Of a stretch of 64,000 nucleotides of DNA, positions 62,973-64,000 are shown piece by piece. Under the pieces are notes generated by a model. That model had not been told where the DNA came from. It ran no database searches and saw only the letters and a program-made list of their open reading frames with translations. Source of the DNA: an uncultured Chloroflexia bacterium (GTDB lineage Bacteria > Chloroflexota > Chloroflexia > Thermomicrobiales > UBA6265); assembly GCA_963724295.1 (NCBI GenBank), contig CAVRUC010000001.1, positions 159,822 to 223,821 on the forward strand, read 5' to 3'. The stretch's first letter is position 1. Each line of letters opens with the position of its first letter. The position numbers and the translations under genes were made by a program.

Positions 62973-63989
62973 CTAGAGCGTTGCCCCGCACTCGGGACAG
63001 AAGACGTCGCGGGGACCGACGCGGGCGCGACAGACCGCACAGCGCTCGTCATCCGTCACGCCCGTCGAGGAGGTGACGGGCCATGGCCCAGCCTGCTCGG
63101 TCCTGGCGACCGTGTCATCGCCGGCGGCGCTCCAGGGCGACCATACCGTCTCGTCACTCTGTGCCTGCGGCGCATCAATGGCGCGCTGCCGCGTGCTTGC
63201 ACTCTCGACCTGATCCGCCCGGCCGTGGCCATTGTTTACGTGGGTAGCCTGCCCGTCTCTCGGCCATGGCTCCGCCTCGGTGTATGTCGCTCCCACCGGG
63301 AGCGGCGAGGTGGCCTCGATCCCCTGTCCGAAGCGGCCGGAAGGCGAAACTGGCTCCCGCCCCGGCTCGTACTTGCCGGCATCGCCATCGTTTGCCATCC
63401 GCACCGGACGCTGCCGGGCCGGCATGCCGGCCACCAGCGATCTGTCGCCCTCCCGTGGCTGGCGCCGGGATCGTGAGGCGTTCACGATCCACCCCAGTAC
63501 CGTCAGCACCAGGAGAATCCCTGCCGCTCCGAGCAAGAGGAGGTCGGCTCGCCGCAGCAGCGCCTCGCCGATGATCCCATCGTCGAGCGCCGCGCCTTGC
63601 TGCAGGTATTGATCGATCCACCCGAACAGCGTGGACAACAGGAACGCGGCATTGAATGCGGCCAGCAGTCCGCCCGCCAGCCGCGACGCGGTGCCGGGCC
63701 GGGAGCGCCCCATTGCCGCCCCCGCTCCATAGCCGAGCAGAAAGGTGCACGCCAGGAGCAACGCCGCGGAGGCGGCAAACGTCGCGGCGCCCTGCTCCAG
63801 GCCAAAGCGAGAGGCGAGCTCGGCGCCCCAGGCGCCGCCGAAGCGCGCGGCAAGCGTGGCGCCCAACAGGACACCAGCCGAGACCATCGCCTCTTTCGCC
63901 ACCCCGCGCCGGATGCCAAAGGGCACAAAGAGCAGGATGACCAATCCAAGCAGAATGTCGAGGAGTAATGGTGTGTCGATCTGCGGCAC
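62973..63989 (-). CDS. CvpA-family membrane protein with a C-terminal zinc-ribbon
   Basis: N-terminus LLLDILLGLVILLFVPFGIRRGVAKEAMVSAGVLLG (CvpA-like, 4 TM) and C-terminus CAVCRARVGPRDVFCPECGATL. Confidence 0.7.
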   Translation of the reverse strand: MPQIDTPLLLDILLGLVILLFVPFGIRRGVAKEAMVSAGVLLGATLAARFGGAWGAELASRFGLEQGAATFAASAALLLACTFLLGYGAGAAMGRSRPGTASRLAGGLLAAFNAAFLLSTLFGWIDQYLQQGAALDDGIIGEALLRRADLLLLGAAGILLVLTVLGWIVNASRSRRQPREGDRSLVAGMPARQRPVRMANDGDAGKYEPGREPVSPSGRFGQGIEATSPLPVGATYTEAEPWPRDGQATHVNNGHGRADQVESASTRQRAIDAPQAQSDETVWSPWSAAGDDTVARTEQAGPWPVTSSTGVTDDERCAVCRARVGPRDVFCPECGATL

Positions 63990-64000
63990 GATATCCGCCC

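Overview
High-GC bacterial chromosomal segment. Spot counts give about 47/60 G+C in a core line (45601-45660) and 26/60 inside one island line (53401-53460). Gene content and the GC-rich palindromic intergenic repeats suggest a Chloroflexota/Thermomicrobia-like or other high-GC Terrabacteria genome, but this cannot be shown without a database search. I support about 55 protein-coding genes and see no rRNA, tRNA or CRISPR array. Contents in order:
- a frame-broken RmlA-like nucleotidyltransferase, an MFS transporter and an orphan PD-(D/E)xK-like protein
- a minus-strand envelope-glycosylation operon (GtrA, FAD oxidoreductase, two GT-C-like membrane proteins) and an S41 protease
- rplU-rpmA-rpmE and ppa
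- an alpha-glucan/trehalose block (malQ, GH57 branching enzyme, maltokinase, treS) and an ArsR-type regulator
- sirtuin, fpg, M48 protease, an MMPL plus AttH-like pair, DUF952 and a TrxR-like oxidoreductase
- a glycosidase, a lower-GC sialidase-like gene, and a small GG-terminated beta-grasp protein with a partner
- a 5-gene Liv-type ABC transporter and a secreted alpha/beta hydrolase
- a MauE-like / thioredoxin-like / Tat-exported Cys-rich protein / 6-TM protein cluster
- GNAT and mannitol dehydrogenase
- a ~5.8 kb low-GC island carrying a restriction-endonuclease-like gene, a PNP-NB-ARC-TPR STAND NTPase, an orphan gene and a HEPN (Rx4H) gene
- a selenocysteine-encoding selD, then rsmA
- an insertion (serine hydrolase plus internally deleted IS1182-like remnant) ahead of a multiply frame-broken ispE
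- a PASTA Ser/Thr kinase, an M20 amidohydrolase and a CvpA-like protein

Most interesting:
- the low-GC candidate defence island
- the mauE-mauD-mauA-like redox cluster, with an in-frame UGA in its fourth gene
- the Sec codon and SECIS-like hairpin in selD
- an unusual clustering of single-base frame breaks
- two families of dispersed palindromic repeats
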